A DNA stretch of 64,000 nucleotides from positions 1,670,807 through 1,734,806 of the forward strand of contig OY970310.1 in the NCBI GenBank assembly GCA_963716425.1, written 5' to 3'. Below are positions 37,013 through 45,640 of the stretch, one piece after another. This DNA comes from Candidatus Babeliales bacterium. Lineage in GTDB: Bacteria > Babelota > Babeliae > Babelales > JBFXEV01. Numbering within the stretch: position 1 is the first letter of the stretch; each line of letters begins with the position of its first letter. Below the pieces are notes generated by a model, which saw only the letters and a program-made list of their open reading frames with translations, made no database searches and had not been told where the DNA came from. The position numbers and the translations under genes are program-made.

Positions 37013-37702
37013 CTATTTTCGCTTTCCTTGCCTTATATGTCCATTAGGATAAACATTGACATAATCATCTTCTGATATTTGCACATCCCAATGCGGGCCA
37101 CCGTGACCATTGGGTCCTGTTGGTATCCATATGTTCCCATCCTTATCTGGCCCTACTCCAACACCAACTACTTTTAAAACCTCTGCTACTCCAAGAGTAA
37201 TTGGCATTACTATCACAAGATTATGCACAACAATACCATCGCCAGTTACACAAAACGTATGATACTCATCAATCACCAAATCATATACTGTTGCTTCTTG
37301 AACAATTTCTCGAACATGAGAGACCACAATCTCATGCTCATAACAACTTTGCAGCAGCATACCAGGCTTAAGATCTTGTGCAGTACACCAGTTCTTTTGA
37401 AGTGGCGCATAGAATGGTTGTTTGGAGTCAGTGATAATATCAGCGTTGCTGGCATAGCCCTGCGCGTTAATATGAATAAGTTGAGTTACCTTATGAGAAA
37501 CAATATCAGTTATTGTACGTAACAAAAAATCGTCTACTTGCTCATCAAAAGTAAACACTTCATCACCAACCGCAAGCTCTTCTATAGGAATAAAGCCGTC
37601 AATTGTCTTAACTAGTGTGCCAGCAACAAACCCTGCTTGAGCATGTAGAACGATAAGAGAAAATAAATGTAAGCAGAGAATTGAAGTTTTATAAAACGAC
37701 AT
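37013..37702 (-). CDS. exported Hint (Hedgehog/intein) domain protein with a 68-aa C-terminal tail (candidate polymorphic toxin, 229 aa)
   Basis: ATG 37702 is preceded by AAGGGG; the track start at 37726 is TTG. Signal MSFYKTSILCLHLFSLIVLHAQA. Hint block A GFVAGTLVKTIDGFIPIEELAVGDEVFTF and terminal block YHTFCVTGDGIVVHN. Tail ...GPDKDGNIWIPTGPNGHGGPHWDVQISEDDYVNVYPNGHIRQGKRK. Confidence 0.75.
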   Translation of the reverse strand: MSFYKTSILCLHLFSLIVLHAQAGFVAGTLVKTIDGFIPIEELAVGDEVFTFDEQVDDFLLRTITDIVSHKVTQLIHINAQGYASNADIITDSKQPFYAPLQKNWCTAQDLKPGMLLQSCYEHEIVVSHVREIVQEATVYDLVIDEYHTFCVTGDGIVVHNLVIVMPITLGVAEVLKVVGVGVGPDKDGNIWIPTGPNGHGGPHWDVQISEDDYVNVYPNGHIRQGKRK

Positions 37703-37937
37703 AGAGTAACCCCTTTTAAGTTCCAATCACACTACTGCACAAAACACACTCAATTAAATCAGGGGTTAATTGTACTCATTTTTATAAAACTAAACAAGAG
37801 AACACACTTCTTGATACGTGGATGAATGCACAAAATGCCTATGCATGTACCAACAAAAAAGGTAAACTGAGATCGCTCACAAACAATTAATAGTATGTTC
37901 AATCATAACATAACGAACATTCTGACAGGCTACGTGC

Positions 37938-39329
37938 ATGAAGAATAAAAAACTAGGAATTTGGGGATTTGGTACTGTTGGCGTATCAGCAGTACAATTT
38001 TTATCACACCGCTGTAAATACTTATCTGTACTTGATACGCGTTCACTCACTGCAGAACAATTTGGTATTCTTGCAGAAAGTAATGCAAAATTTATTCATC
38101 AAAAAAGTGAAAATGATCTGCTTATTTTTTTGGATTCACATGACTATATTGTGCCAAGTCCCGGTATAGACCTGCGACCTTATGCACAGTACGCTCACAA
38201 ATGGCTGCCTGAAGTTGACATATTCAAGAATTATGCGACAATCGGCACCACGGTAGCAATTACCGGCACTGTCGGCAAAACAACGGTGACCATACAACTT
38301 GAAGCTTTATTAAACGCACATGGCATCTATAGTGCTGCAGTAGGCAATATTGGCACCCCCCTTCTTGCACTTATGCATTGGATAGATCCTATTATTGAAG
38401 AGCATGTAGAACCAGAAGTTGGTGTTATTGAACTATCAAGTTTTCAACTTGAGCATAATCACTCTTTTGCGCCAGATCTGGCAATTCTAACTAACATATA
38501 CCCAAATCATTTAGACCGACATGATACCATGGAAACGTATCTGACTGCAAAAATGAATTTATTCTTATTCCAAAATGAAAAGCAAAAAGCGTTGCTGCCT
38601 GCAGAGCTAATTCCATACCTTAAAGAGCAAGGCTATTTGGATAGATTAAAGGCACAGCTTAATTTTTTTACTGTCGAGCAACCACCAACACAAGAACTTC
38701 TTAAAACAATGCCTACTCGCTGTAATTTATTTTATTACGATGGCACTGCCATTAATCGATACAATCAATCGGGGACCGTAACTATAGTGGAACTACCAGA
38801 ACCACTCAAGGGAACGCGCGCCATTAACTGGTTGATTTGTTTTACAGCATATCATTTGCTGGAATTAGGTGATATCTATCATACAACAGTTATGCTACAA
38901 AACCTCGAGCATCGTGTTGAACATGTGGCGACAATAAATGGTGTTACGTTCATAAATGATTCAAAAGCCACTATTGCACAATCAACGCTTGCTGCCGTGC
39001 GTCAAATTGATGGACCCATTATTTTGTTACTTGGTGGATTAAGCAAAGGTGTTGACCGCATGCCCTATCTTGCCGAACTTCCTTCTACCATAATGCATAT
39101 TATTTGTTTTGGTAAGGAAGCGGAAGTTCTTAAACTCATGTGTGATAGTCTTCACAGAACATGCACAACCGCAGAAACACTTGAAGATGCATATGAACAA
39201 GCATGCGCCATTGCAACGCCAGGCAGTACTGTATTGCTTTCACCGGGCGGTTCAAGTTATGATTTATTTAAGAATTATGAAGAACGTGGAAATTGTTTTA
39301 AAAAATTGGTAAATTCGCGTTTGGATTGA
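37938..39329 (+). CDS. murD: UDP-N-acetylmuramoylalanine--D-glutamate ligase
   Basis: Mur ligase motifs ITGTVGKTTV (P-loop), ELSSFQLE, NIYPNHLDRH and INDSKATI. 463 aa. Confidence 0.9.
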   Translation: MKNKKLGIWGFGTVGVSAVQFLSHRCKYLSVLDTRSLTAEQFGILAESNAKFIHQKSENDLLIFLDSHDYIVPSPGIDLRPYAQYAHKWLPEVDIFKNYATIGTTVAITGTVGKTTVTIQLEALLNAHGIYSAAVGNIGTPLLALMHWIDPIIEEHVEPEVGVIELSSFQLEHNHSFAPDLAILTNIYPNHLDRHDTMETYLTAKMNLFLFQNEKQKALLPAELIPYLKEQGYLDRLKAQLNFFTVEQPPTQELLKTMPTRCNLFYYDGTAINRYNQSGTVTIVELPEPLKGTRAINWLICFTAYHLLELGDIYHTTVMLQNLEHRVEHVATINGVTFINDSKATIAQSTLAAVRQIDGPIILLLGGLSKGVDRMPYLAELPSTIMHIICFGKEAEVLKLMCDSLHRTCTTAETLEDAYEQACAIATPGSTVLLSPGGSSYDLFKNYEERGNCFKKLVNSRLD

Positions 39330-39409
39330 CCCTTTGATACAATTCGCTTTGCAAATCACTCAAGTGAACAGTAAACTAGAGTAGACAATAATTTAATTTG
39401 TGGCATAAC

Positions 39410-39443
39410 TTATAGAGAGTAACACTAAAGTTACTCTCTATAA
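39410..39443 (+). terminator. strong hairpin downstream of murD
   Basis: Perfect 14-bp stem TTATAGAGAGTAAC/GTTACTCTCTATAA (39410-39423 / 39430-39443) with a 6-nt loop. It has no U-tract, so its function as a terminator is uncertain. Confidence 0.45.
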
Positions 39444-39488
39444 CTCACCTTAACGCATGAGTACAGACCTACATATCCCGTACTAACC

Positions 39489-39516
39489 AAATAGGCTCCA
39501 GTGTTGGGGCCTATTT
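39489..39516 (-). terminator. hairpin downstream of the ANK gene 39536..41164
   Basis: Stem AAATAGGC/GCCTATTT (39489-39496 / 39509-39516) extended by CTCC/GGGG pairs. T-rich flank on the minus strand. Confidence 0.5.
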
Positions 39517-39535
39517 GCGATTTTATGCGCTTTTC

Positions 39536-41164
39536 TTATATATTAAATTGATGTGTGATACCGGCGTAGAAGCCTTTAAACATGTGCTCCTGCCCTTGCA
39601 ATTCTTTTGGCAAGAATGCGGCTAATGGGCTGCCTGTCTCACGTATAGGATCAAACCCCACATGGTAAATCTTACCCGCAGTATTCATGGTACAATGATA
39701 AAAACCAGGCTGATGCTGTTTGCCAGGAAACCACGGATTATTCATAGCATCTTCAAACACCATCTGGCCACGTAAATACCAGCGCGTGCCAATATCATCA
39801 GGCTGAGAATCACTTGCTCGAGGTTCTGGCTTGCCATGCTTAATAATGCAATTCATAACTTGTAATGGAATTTGATGATAATAGACAGACCTTTTAAATT
39901 CTTGCAGCGTGCGATACCTTTTATATTCTGTACGTAAAAAATCATTGTTAAACCAATCTTGTACACGTGCATCCACCGTATCAGCGGTCACCGTAATTAC
40001 ATGAACACTAGGTGCATCTTCAAAGGACATCTTACGACGCGTAGAAGTTGTTTCATCAAACTTAAAAGCATTCAAGCTATCGCGCAGTTCTTTGGTAGGA
40101 GAAAGCGGATCAACAGCGGCCTCAGGTTTTGATTTTTTTGTTGGTGATGTTGTTTGAATCGTATCGCTTGAAGATTGACGCTTTGGCACTGCAGCATGAC
40201 CCTCACCAGCTTCATGCCCCTGTTGCAATCGATGCTTTTTTTTCTTTAATAGTTTCTTTTTCTCAGCTTTTTCTTTTAGAACCGCTGCTTGCCGTGCAAA
40301 TTTTGCCTGCTGTGAAGATGAGGCAATAGTATCGGCAAGAAAACTATCTTTCTTGCTTGACTGCTTACCTTCAAATAATGCTACAATATCATCATAATTC
40401 TGGAGATGAGCAAGATGCAAAGCAGATCTGCCAAAACGATCTTTTGTATAAGGACTTGCACCACGAGCCATTAATTTTTTTATAATTTCACGAGATGGAT
40501 TTGGTCGTAAAAGAATAAAATGAAGTGGTGTTTGACCTAAATTTTCTTGGCGGGTACAATCAAGATTCTCAAATTGATATAATGCATCAAATGACTTTTC
40601 ATCGCCCCTATACAAAACTGTAAAAAGCGGCGTTTGCCCCCATGCATCTGCAGCGTTAATCTGAGCACCACGTTTAATAAGGTCAGCAATAACATCTGTA
40701 TTGCCAATGGTAACTGCTGCATCAAGTGGCGTACCGACTGAGCACGCTAAATTAACATCAGCCCCTAAATCAAGTATAGTCTTGATCAGAGATGGTTTTC
40801 TTGCACCAATTGCATAGACTAGCGGAGTCAGCTCCACTGTTTCCGCATTAAAAAACTTCTTTTTTTCAAGCGAATTAAGTTCTTCACTATGCAGAGCATC
40901 AATATTAACACCACGCTCACGGACTAAATTTTCTATACACTTGATAGCAACCGATACTGCACGCTCTGATGCATCTTTATTACAGGCATTAAACACTACA
41001 GCAAACAACTGCTTTTCAGCAGCTTTTTTTTCTGCTGTTTCAAATTCACGAGATTGAGGCAGTGCCTGGGCATGCCCAAAATCTAAATTTTGTTGCATAC
41101 CATATATTGGGCTAACAAGAGCCAAAACGAGCCACAATGCAGAAACATTAAAAATATACTTCAT
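39536..41164 (-). CDS. ankyrin-repeat protein with Lys-rich linker and unrecognised C-terminal domain (542 aa)
   Basis: Leader MKYIFNVSALWLVLALVSPIYGM-QQ. ANK units DAWGQTPLFTVLYRGDEKSFDAL, NLGQTPLHFILL and DRFGRSALHLAHLQNYDDIVALF. Linker KEKAEKKKLLKKKKHRLQ. The roughly 170-aa C-terminal domain is of unknown family. Confidence 0.85.
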   Translation of the reverse strand: MKYIFNVSALWLVLALVSPIYGMQQNLDFGHAQALPQSREFETAEKKAAEKQLFAVVFNACNKDASERAVSVAIKCIENLVRERGVNIDALHSEELNSLEKKKFFNAETVELTPLVYAIGARKPSLIKTILDLGADVNLACSVGTPLDAAVTIGNTDVIADLIKRGAQINAADAWGQTPLFTVLYRGDEKSFDALYQFENLDCTRQENLGQTPLHFILLRPNPSREIIKKLMARGASPYTKDRFGRSALHLAHLQNYDDIVALFEGKQSSKKDSFLADTIASSSQQAKFARQAAVLKEKAEKKKLLKKKKHRLQQGHEAGEGHAAVPKRQSSSDTIQTTSPTKKSKPEAAVDPLSPTKELRDSLNAFKFDETTSTRRKMSFEDAPSVHVITVTADTVDARVQDWFNNDFLRTEYKRYRTLQEFKRSVYYHQIPLQVMNCIIKHGKPEPRASDSQPDDIGTRWYLRGQMVFEDAMNNPWFPGKQHQPGFYHCTMNTAGKIYHVGFDPIRETGSPLAAFLPKELQGQEHMFKGFYAGITHQFNI

Positions 41165-41346
41165 TTAGTAGCCTTTCTAAGTAAGACTTATATTACAGAT
41201 ATAAATATACCATAAATTTACAGATTGTCAATTGGGACTACTCATATTGCCCAGGGAAGACCAGGTTCAATTTGCAAAAAAACAGATATTGTACTACGCT
41301 AACAATCGGTGATAGAATATAGTTTATAAACCCAAGAGAGAAAACG

Positions 41347-41754
41347 ATGAACTACTCTAAGACTTCCTTACACATTCTGACAGCTAGCTTATTCATAGCC
41401 TCAGGCTGCGGCACTTCAACCAAAAAAGAAGAAGAAAAGCCAGTTTCTGCCCTGGAAGGTTCAATACCCCTCAAAGTAGGGCAGTCATTCCAGATCAAGC
41501 TCCCAGCAAACCCCACAGGTGGCTATGGCTGGCAATATCGAACCGAGCTTGAAGCTACCCATCTAAAAGAAGTAAAACGCGCATTCCAAGAAATACCCAC
41601 TGATCAAATAACACCTGAAATGACGGGTTACGAGACATGGACATTCACTGCCCTTGAAAAAGGGGAAACCAGTATAGAATTAGTGTATAAACAACATTGG
41701 CGTGAAGACGGTCCCCCTGCAAAAACATATTTTGCAAATATTATAATTTCATAA
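41347..41754 (+). CDS. chagasin-family (I42) inhibitor of cysteine peptidases, lipoprotein-like
   Basis: Signature loop LPANPTGGYGWQY (compare NPTTG[YF]xW) and a C-terminal YKQHWRE (compare RPW). About 110 aa mature, Ig-like size. N-terminus ...LFIASGCGT is lipobox-like. Confidence 0.7.
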   Translation: MNYSKTSLHILTASLFIASGCGTSTKKEEEKPVSALEGSIPLKVGQSFQIKLPANPTGGYGWQYRTELEATHLKEVKRAFQEIPTDQITPEMTGYETWTFTALEKGETSIELVYKQHWREDGPPAKTYFANIIIS

Positions 41755-41759
41755 CTGAT

Positions 41760-42869
41760 ATGTTTGTAGAGCGGAAGCGGCTTGTTGCCGATTTGCATAT
41801 ATTTCTAGGCACGGTAACAGCACTTGTTATCATCGGCCTATTATTTATTTATTCGGCAAGCTCCGTTGCCGCTCTTGAACTTCATGGAAGTCCCCATTAT
41901 TTCTTAAAAAGACAATTACTTGGTCTTCTTGTAGGACTCGTAGCATTTTGGCTTGCTCGCACGATTCCGCTTTCTTTTATCAAATCCATTTCTCCCTTCC
42001 TCTTTTTTAGTTCACTTATGCTGACGGCGCTCACGCTTGTGCCAAGCCTTGGCTCTCGCATCCACGGTTCATCACGGTGGCTTCAGCTGGGTAGTTTTAG
42101 CTTCCAACCAAGCGAATTACTTAAAGTGGCATTTGTGCTGTATCTTGCGCGATTCCTAGATACTCATCAATACAAGACACCAACCTTGCGAAGATACATT
42201 TCATTTTTAATAATTGTTGGCATGGGTAGCCTTGTATTACTCAAACAACCCGATTTTGGCATGACAGTTACTATGTGTGCTACGGCATTCATGATGCTCT
42301 TTATTGTACATGCAAACCTTACTCATCTGTTTGTAACCATGCTTGCAGCAATTCCCATTGGTGCATCACTGATTTACTTTAAGCCATATCGCTGGCAACG
42401 CATACTCACGTTTTTAAATCCATGGGATGACCCACAGGGTGCAGGATTTCAGATCATTCAGTCACTCATTGCGATCGGCTCTGGCAGTTGGCTGGGTATT
42501 GGTGTTTCTCATTCAAAACAAAAATTCTTTTATTTGCCTATGCAACACACGGATTTTATTTTTTCTATTATTGCAGAAGAAACGGGTTTTGTGGGAGCAG
42601 CGCTCCTGATTTTGCTCTATGGGTTACTCCTTTATTTTGGCATGCGGATTGCATGGCAATTGAATGATTTATTCTCCACGCTGGTCACACTTGGCTTTGT
42701 AATGCTTATAAGCTTGCAAGCAGTTATCAATATTGCAGTGGCATGCGGGCTGGTGCCGACCAAAGGAATTGGTTTGCCTTTTGTAAGTTATGGTAACTCA
42801 GCACTTGTTGCAAGTTTGATTATGGTGGGATTGATTTGTAACTGTGTAAGAAATCGCAAGTACGTGTAA
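41760..42869 (+). CDS. ftsW: SEDS-family peptidoglycan polymerase FtsW/RodA
   Basis: Polytopic membrane protein with SEDS motifs: RWLQLGSFSFQPSE, KQPDFG, LPMQHTDFIFSIIAEETGF and PTKGIGLPFVSYGNSA. Lies in dcw context with murD. Confidence 0.85.
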   Translation: MFVERKRLVADLHIFLGTVTALVIIGLLFIYSASSVAALELHGSPHYFLKRQLLGLLVGLVAFWLARTIPLSFIKSISPFLFFSSLMLTALTLVPSLGSRIHGSSRWLQLGSFSFQPSELLKVAFVLYLARFLDTHQYKTPTLRRYISFLIIVGMGSLVLLKQPDFGMTVTMCATAFMMLFIVHANLTHLFVTMLAAIPIGASLIYFKPYRWQRILTFLNPWDDPQGAGFQIIQSLIAIGSGSWLGIGVSHSKQKFFYLPMQHTDFIFSIIAEETGFVGAALLILLYGLLLYFGMRIAWQLNDLFSTLVTLGFVMLISLQAVINIAVACGLVPTKGIGLPFVSYGNSALVASLIMVGLICNCVRNRKYV

Positions 42870-42885
42870 ACTCGCACCATGTCGC

Positions 42886-43608
42886 CTACATCTTAATTGA
42901 CAACCCATCATACGCAAGTTCTGCCGCTACGCCATATTCATCACCAAGCTGCTTAATTTTCTCTTGTGCTGCATCATAGTCTTGCGAAGTGATCTCTGTG
43001 CCACAATGAGTAAATATGGCACGTGGCACCTTATATTTTTTGCACCATGCAAGCTGTTCACTAATGGGTGCATGACCATGTATTACGCCATTTGTTTCTC
43101 GTAATAATAATGTTCTTGTGATTATTGCACCATCACCAATATATAGATCTATGCCAGAAAGTGCTTTTTTGGGATGCACAATTTTTGCAACATCAGGTAC
43201 ATAAAAGATGGTATTCTTACCCACACTAATGCGATAACCTACAGCTGGTGCATTGAATGAATGTTCCACTGCAAATGGTTCCATGGTTATAGAACCAACA
43301 GTAATATGCTCTTGTGGTTTAATCACCGCGCATTCGGCGATTGCATAAGGTGCCATAATCTGCCAACTTTCCTCTGTTGCATAGACTGGGCACGGCACCC
43401 CATTCTTGAGCCCGCCCGCATGATCCGGATGCGCATGAGATACAAATAATGCATTAGCCTTGATGGTACGTGCCTGCCGCAGCCAATCAAGTCCACAATC
43501 AATAATTATTTTTGTGCGACCAAATGAAAATGCAGTCATAGTATGGCGATAATGTGCTTTTGAACGCACTTTAATGTTGCCTCGTGTACCCAAGAATGTA
43601 ATGTGCAT
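42886..43608 (-). CDS. MBL-fold metallo-hydrolase
   Basis: HxHxDH motif in VSHAHPDHAGG, with later His/Asp ligands. The start ATG shares one base with the upstream stop (TAATG). Confidence 0.8.
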   Translation of the reverse strand: MHITFLGTRGNIKVRSKAHYRHTMTAFSFGRTKIIIDCGLDWLRQARTIKANALFVSHAHPDHAGGLKNGVPCPVYATEESWQIMAPYAIAECAVIKPQEHITVGSITMEPFAVEHSFNAPAVGYRISVGKNTIFYVPDVAKIVHPKKALSGIDLYIGDGAIITRTLLLRETNGVIHGHAPISEQLAWCKKYKVPRAIFTHCGTEITSQDYDAAQEKIKQLGDEYGVAAELAYDGLSIKM

Positions 43609-44207
43609 TACCCTGCCTTTTTTATTTGTGCCATCGTTCTTCCGGTCAATACAGATTTGTTTTGAGTGTTCACCGGATTCTTTTTGGCACTTGCATATTC
43701 ATCTTTTATTTTCACCATAAGCCATTGATTGTTTTTTCTATCATCACCAAAATGTGTTTTGATCAGTGCAAAAGCACCTTGCAATTTAGTGCCTTCCAAA
43801 AACACTTCCACTTGCCCATTTTTTAAACATGTGCTCATCGGCACTAACTTTCCATCCTTTTCTTTAATATTGCGATACGTACCCGTATCCCACACCATCA
43901 CTGGACCTCCACCGTATTCCCCTTCTGGAATCACGCCTTCAAAATTTGCATATTCCATAGGATGATCTTCTGTCATTACCGCCAAATGTTTAACCGTTGG
44001 ATTGAGTGACGGACCTTTGGGAACAGCCCAAGAGACCAATACGCCGTCAATTTCTAAACGCACATCATAATGTAGACTTGTTGCAGCATGTTTTTGAATA
44101 ACAAAAATAGGTGCTTTCTTTTCTTTAGTCACTTTGCCTTTAGGCTCTGGTGTCACTTTGAAGTTGCGTTTTTCTTGATACGTTTCAAGTGTTCTTTTTT
44201 TGGTCAT
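43608..44207 (-). CDS. stand-alone LigD 3'-phosphoesterase (PE) domain protein
   Basis: LETYQEKRNFKVTPEP...FVIQKHAATSLHYDVRLE...SWAVPKGPS...EDHPMEYANFEGVIPEGEYGGG is the LigD-PE signature. I prefer the ATG at 44207, preceded by GGAGA. Confidence 0.85.
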   Translation of the reverse strand: MTKKRTLETYQEKRNFKVTPEPKGKVTKEKKAPIFVIQKHAATSLHYDVRLEIDGVLVSWAVPKGPSLNPTVKHLAVMTEDHPMEYANFEGVIPEGEYGGGPVMVWDTGTYRNIKEKDGKLVPMSTCLKNGQVEVFLEGTKLQGAFALIKTHFGDDRKNNQWLMVKIKDEYASAKKNPVNTQNKSVLTGRTMAQIKKAG

Positions 44208-44318
44208 TGCTTGCATCTCCCCTACAAAACTTATTAATACCAGCACGAGGTACCACATATGTTTCCTTTGTTTTTTACCTTCTCTATCACCCTACCCTAA
44301 GAAGTGCTCTTTTTGCAA

Positions 44319-44353
44319 TAAAAAAGCGCGGGTATCATAAAGACACCCACGCT
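44319..44353 (-). terminator. rho-independent terminator after 44385..45605
   Basis: On the minus strand, stem GCGTGGGT/ACCCGCGC (one G-U pair) is followed by TTTTTT. Plus-strand coordinates are 44326-44333 / 44345-44352, with the A-run at 44319-44325. Confidence 0.65.
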
Positions 44354-44384
44354 TATAAATATATAACTTAACTAATTTAAATAA

Positions 44385-45605
44385 TTATGGCTGCACGGGA
44401 AAACACAGCTTATCCTTGAGCACATCAAGAGTTATCCCTTGCTGATGAGCAACCAATGCTGCAATGCCCATTATGCATGCAGTTGTTACCGCAGATTTAA
44501 TTGGATTTTTTACCACGTAGCCATAAATACGTTGTGGCACATGGTTCTTATACAGCACATAGGTAACTCCAAGAACAGTGATCACCGCAATTGCCCCTAG
44601 GCCATACTTTTTACCTTCTGGAGTCTGTAGCCATTGAATCCATGATGCATCATTTTTAAGATCAGTTGGCATCTCGCTATTATCGTCAACTTTGGAATCA
44701 GTTTCTGGATTATCAGTAATTACTGATCCATCACGCAAAACTGGTTCGGTAACAGTAAGCTGGGTTTCAGCTGGCAATGCAGGTTCAGCATCAGCGTTAA
44801 CTTTGTTATCAGGAACTAATGCAACATCCGCTGGCTTTACGTCACCTGGCAATGCAGGTTCAACAGCAGCGTCAACTTTGTTATCAGGAACTAATACAAC
44901 ATCCGCTAGTTTTACATCGACTAGCACTGTCGCTACAGTTTCAGTAGCAGACACATTGTCAGCCAACTGTTGTACTGGTACTACCGCCGGTGCAGGTTCA
45001 GGAACCGGTGCAACAACTAACTGCTTTATCGTAATCACTGTAGATACTTTTTCAGTTGATACAAGATCAACCTTCTGCTCTACATCTATTACTGCAGGCG
45101 TCTCAGCGACCGCTGCTATGACGAGTGATTGCTGCACTATAACTGACTCCGCAAGTACAGGTTCATCAGCAGTGTTAACCTTGTTATCAGGAACTGATAC
45201 AACATCCGTTGGCTTTACGTCACCTGGCAATGCAGGTTCAGCTTCAACGTTTACTTTGTTATCAGGAACTGATACAACATCTGCTGGTTTTACATCAACT
45301 GGCATTGATGGTAAAACATCAATTGTCTGTACTTCACCAGACATTTCTAACTCAGCGTCAAAAGCTGAGAGAGTATTAACTGGTCGTTCACCAACTGGCA
45401 TTGCCGGTAAAGCATCAATAGCTGGCGGAACTTCAAAGATTCGCGCTGCATCGACGTGTTGCTCGATAACTGGCACTTCACCACACACCGTTTCTTTAAC
45501 GGTAGTATTGGTTTCAATATCAACGTCTGCCATTGCAATTGATGCAATACATAAAGCCGCTACAAACAAAGTTGAACGAGAAATTATTGAACGACTCACA
45601 ATCAT
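44385..45605 (-). CDS. repeat-containing membrane protein, paralog A (406 aa)
   Basis: Its N-terminus (MIVSRSIISRSTLFVAALCIASIAMADVD) and its roughly 110-aa C-terminus with two TM helices (SWIQWLQTPEGKKYG..VITVLGVTYVLYKN.VPQR.YGYV) are shared with 45641..46465. The middle carries four 25-aa repeats. Confidence 0.75.
   Translation of the reverse strand: MIVSRSIISRSTLFVAALCIASIAMADVDIETNTTVKETVCGEVPVIEQHVDAARIFEVPPAIDALPAMPVGERPVNTLSAFDAELEMSGEVQTIDVLPSMPVDVKPADVVSVPDNKVNVEAEPALPGDVKPTDVVSVPDNKVNTADEPVLAESVIVQQSLVIAAVAETPAVIDVEQKVDLVSTEKVSTVITIKQLVVAPVPEPAPAVVPVQQLADNVSATETVATVLVDVKLADVVLVPDNKVDAAVEPALPGDVKPADVALVPDNKVNADAEPALPAETQLTVTEPVLRDGSVITDNPETDSKVDDNSEMPTDLKNDASWIQWLQTPEGKKYGLGAIAVITVLGVTYVLYKNHVPQRIYGYVVKNPIKSAVTTACIMGIAALVAHQQGITLDVLKDKLCFPVQP
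44769..44918 (-). repeat. two tandem 75-nt coding repeats (25-aa unit DVK[PL]ADV.LVPDNKV....EPALP.)
   Basis: Units at 44769-44843 and 44844-44918, read directly from the sequence. Confidence 0.9.
45147..45296 (-). repeat. second pair of the same 75-nt coding repeat
   Basis: Units at 45147-45221 and 45222-45296, encoding DVKPADVVSVPDNKVNVEAEPALPG and DVKPTDVVSVPDNKVNTADEPVLAE. Confidence 0.9.
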
Positions 45606-45640
45606 TGATTCCTGATATTAAAATAATAAATCTAAAAAAA

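Noticed and set aside
44692-45615. A 307-aa + strand ORF rich in Ser/Thr/Gly.
   Set aside because: It is antisense to the repeat-containing gene 44385..45605. The minus frame has an SD, a TM module and a clear paralog next door.
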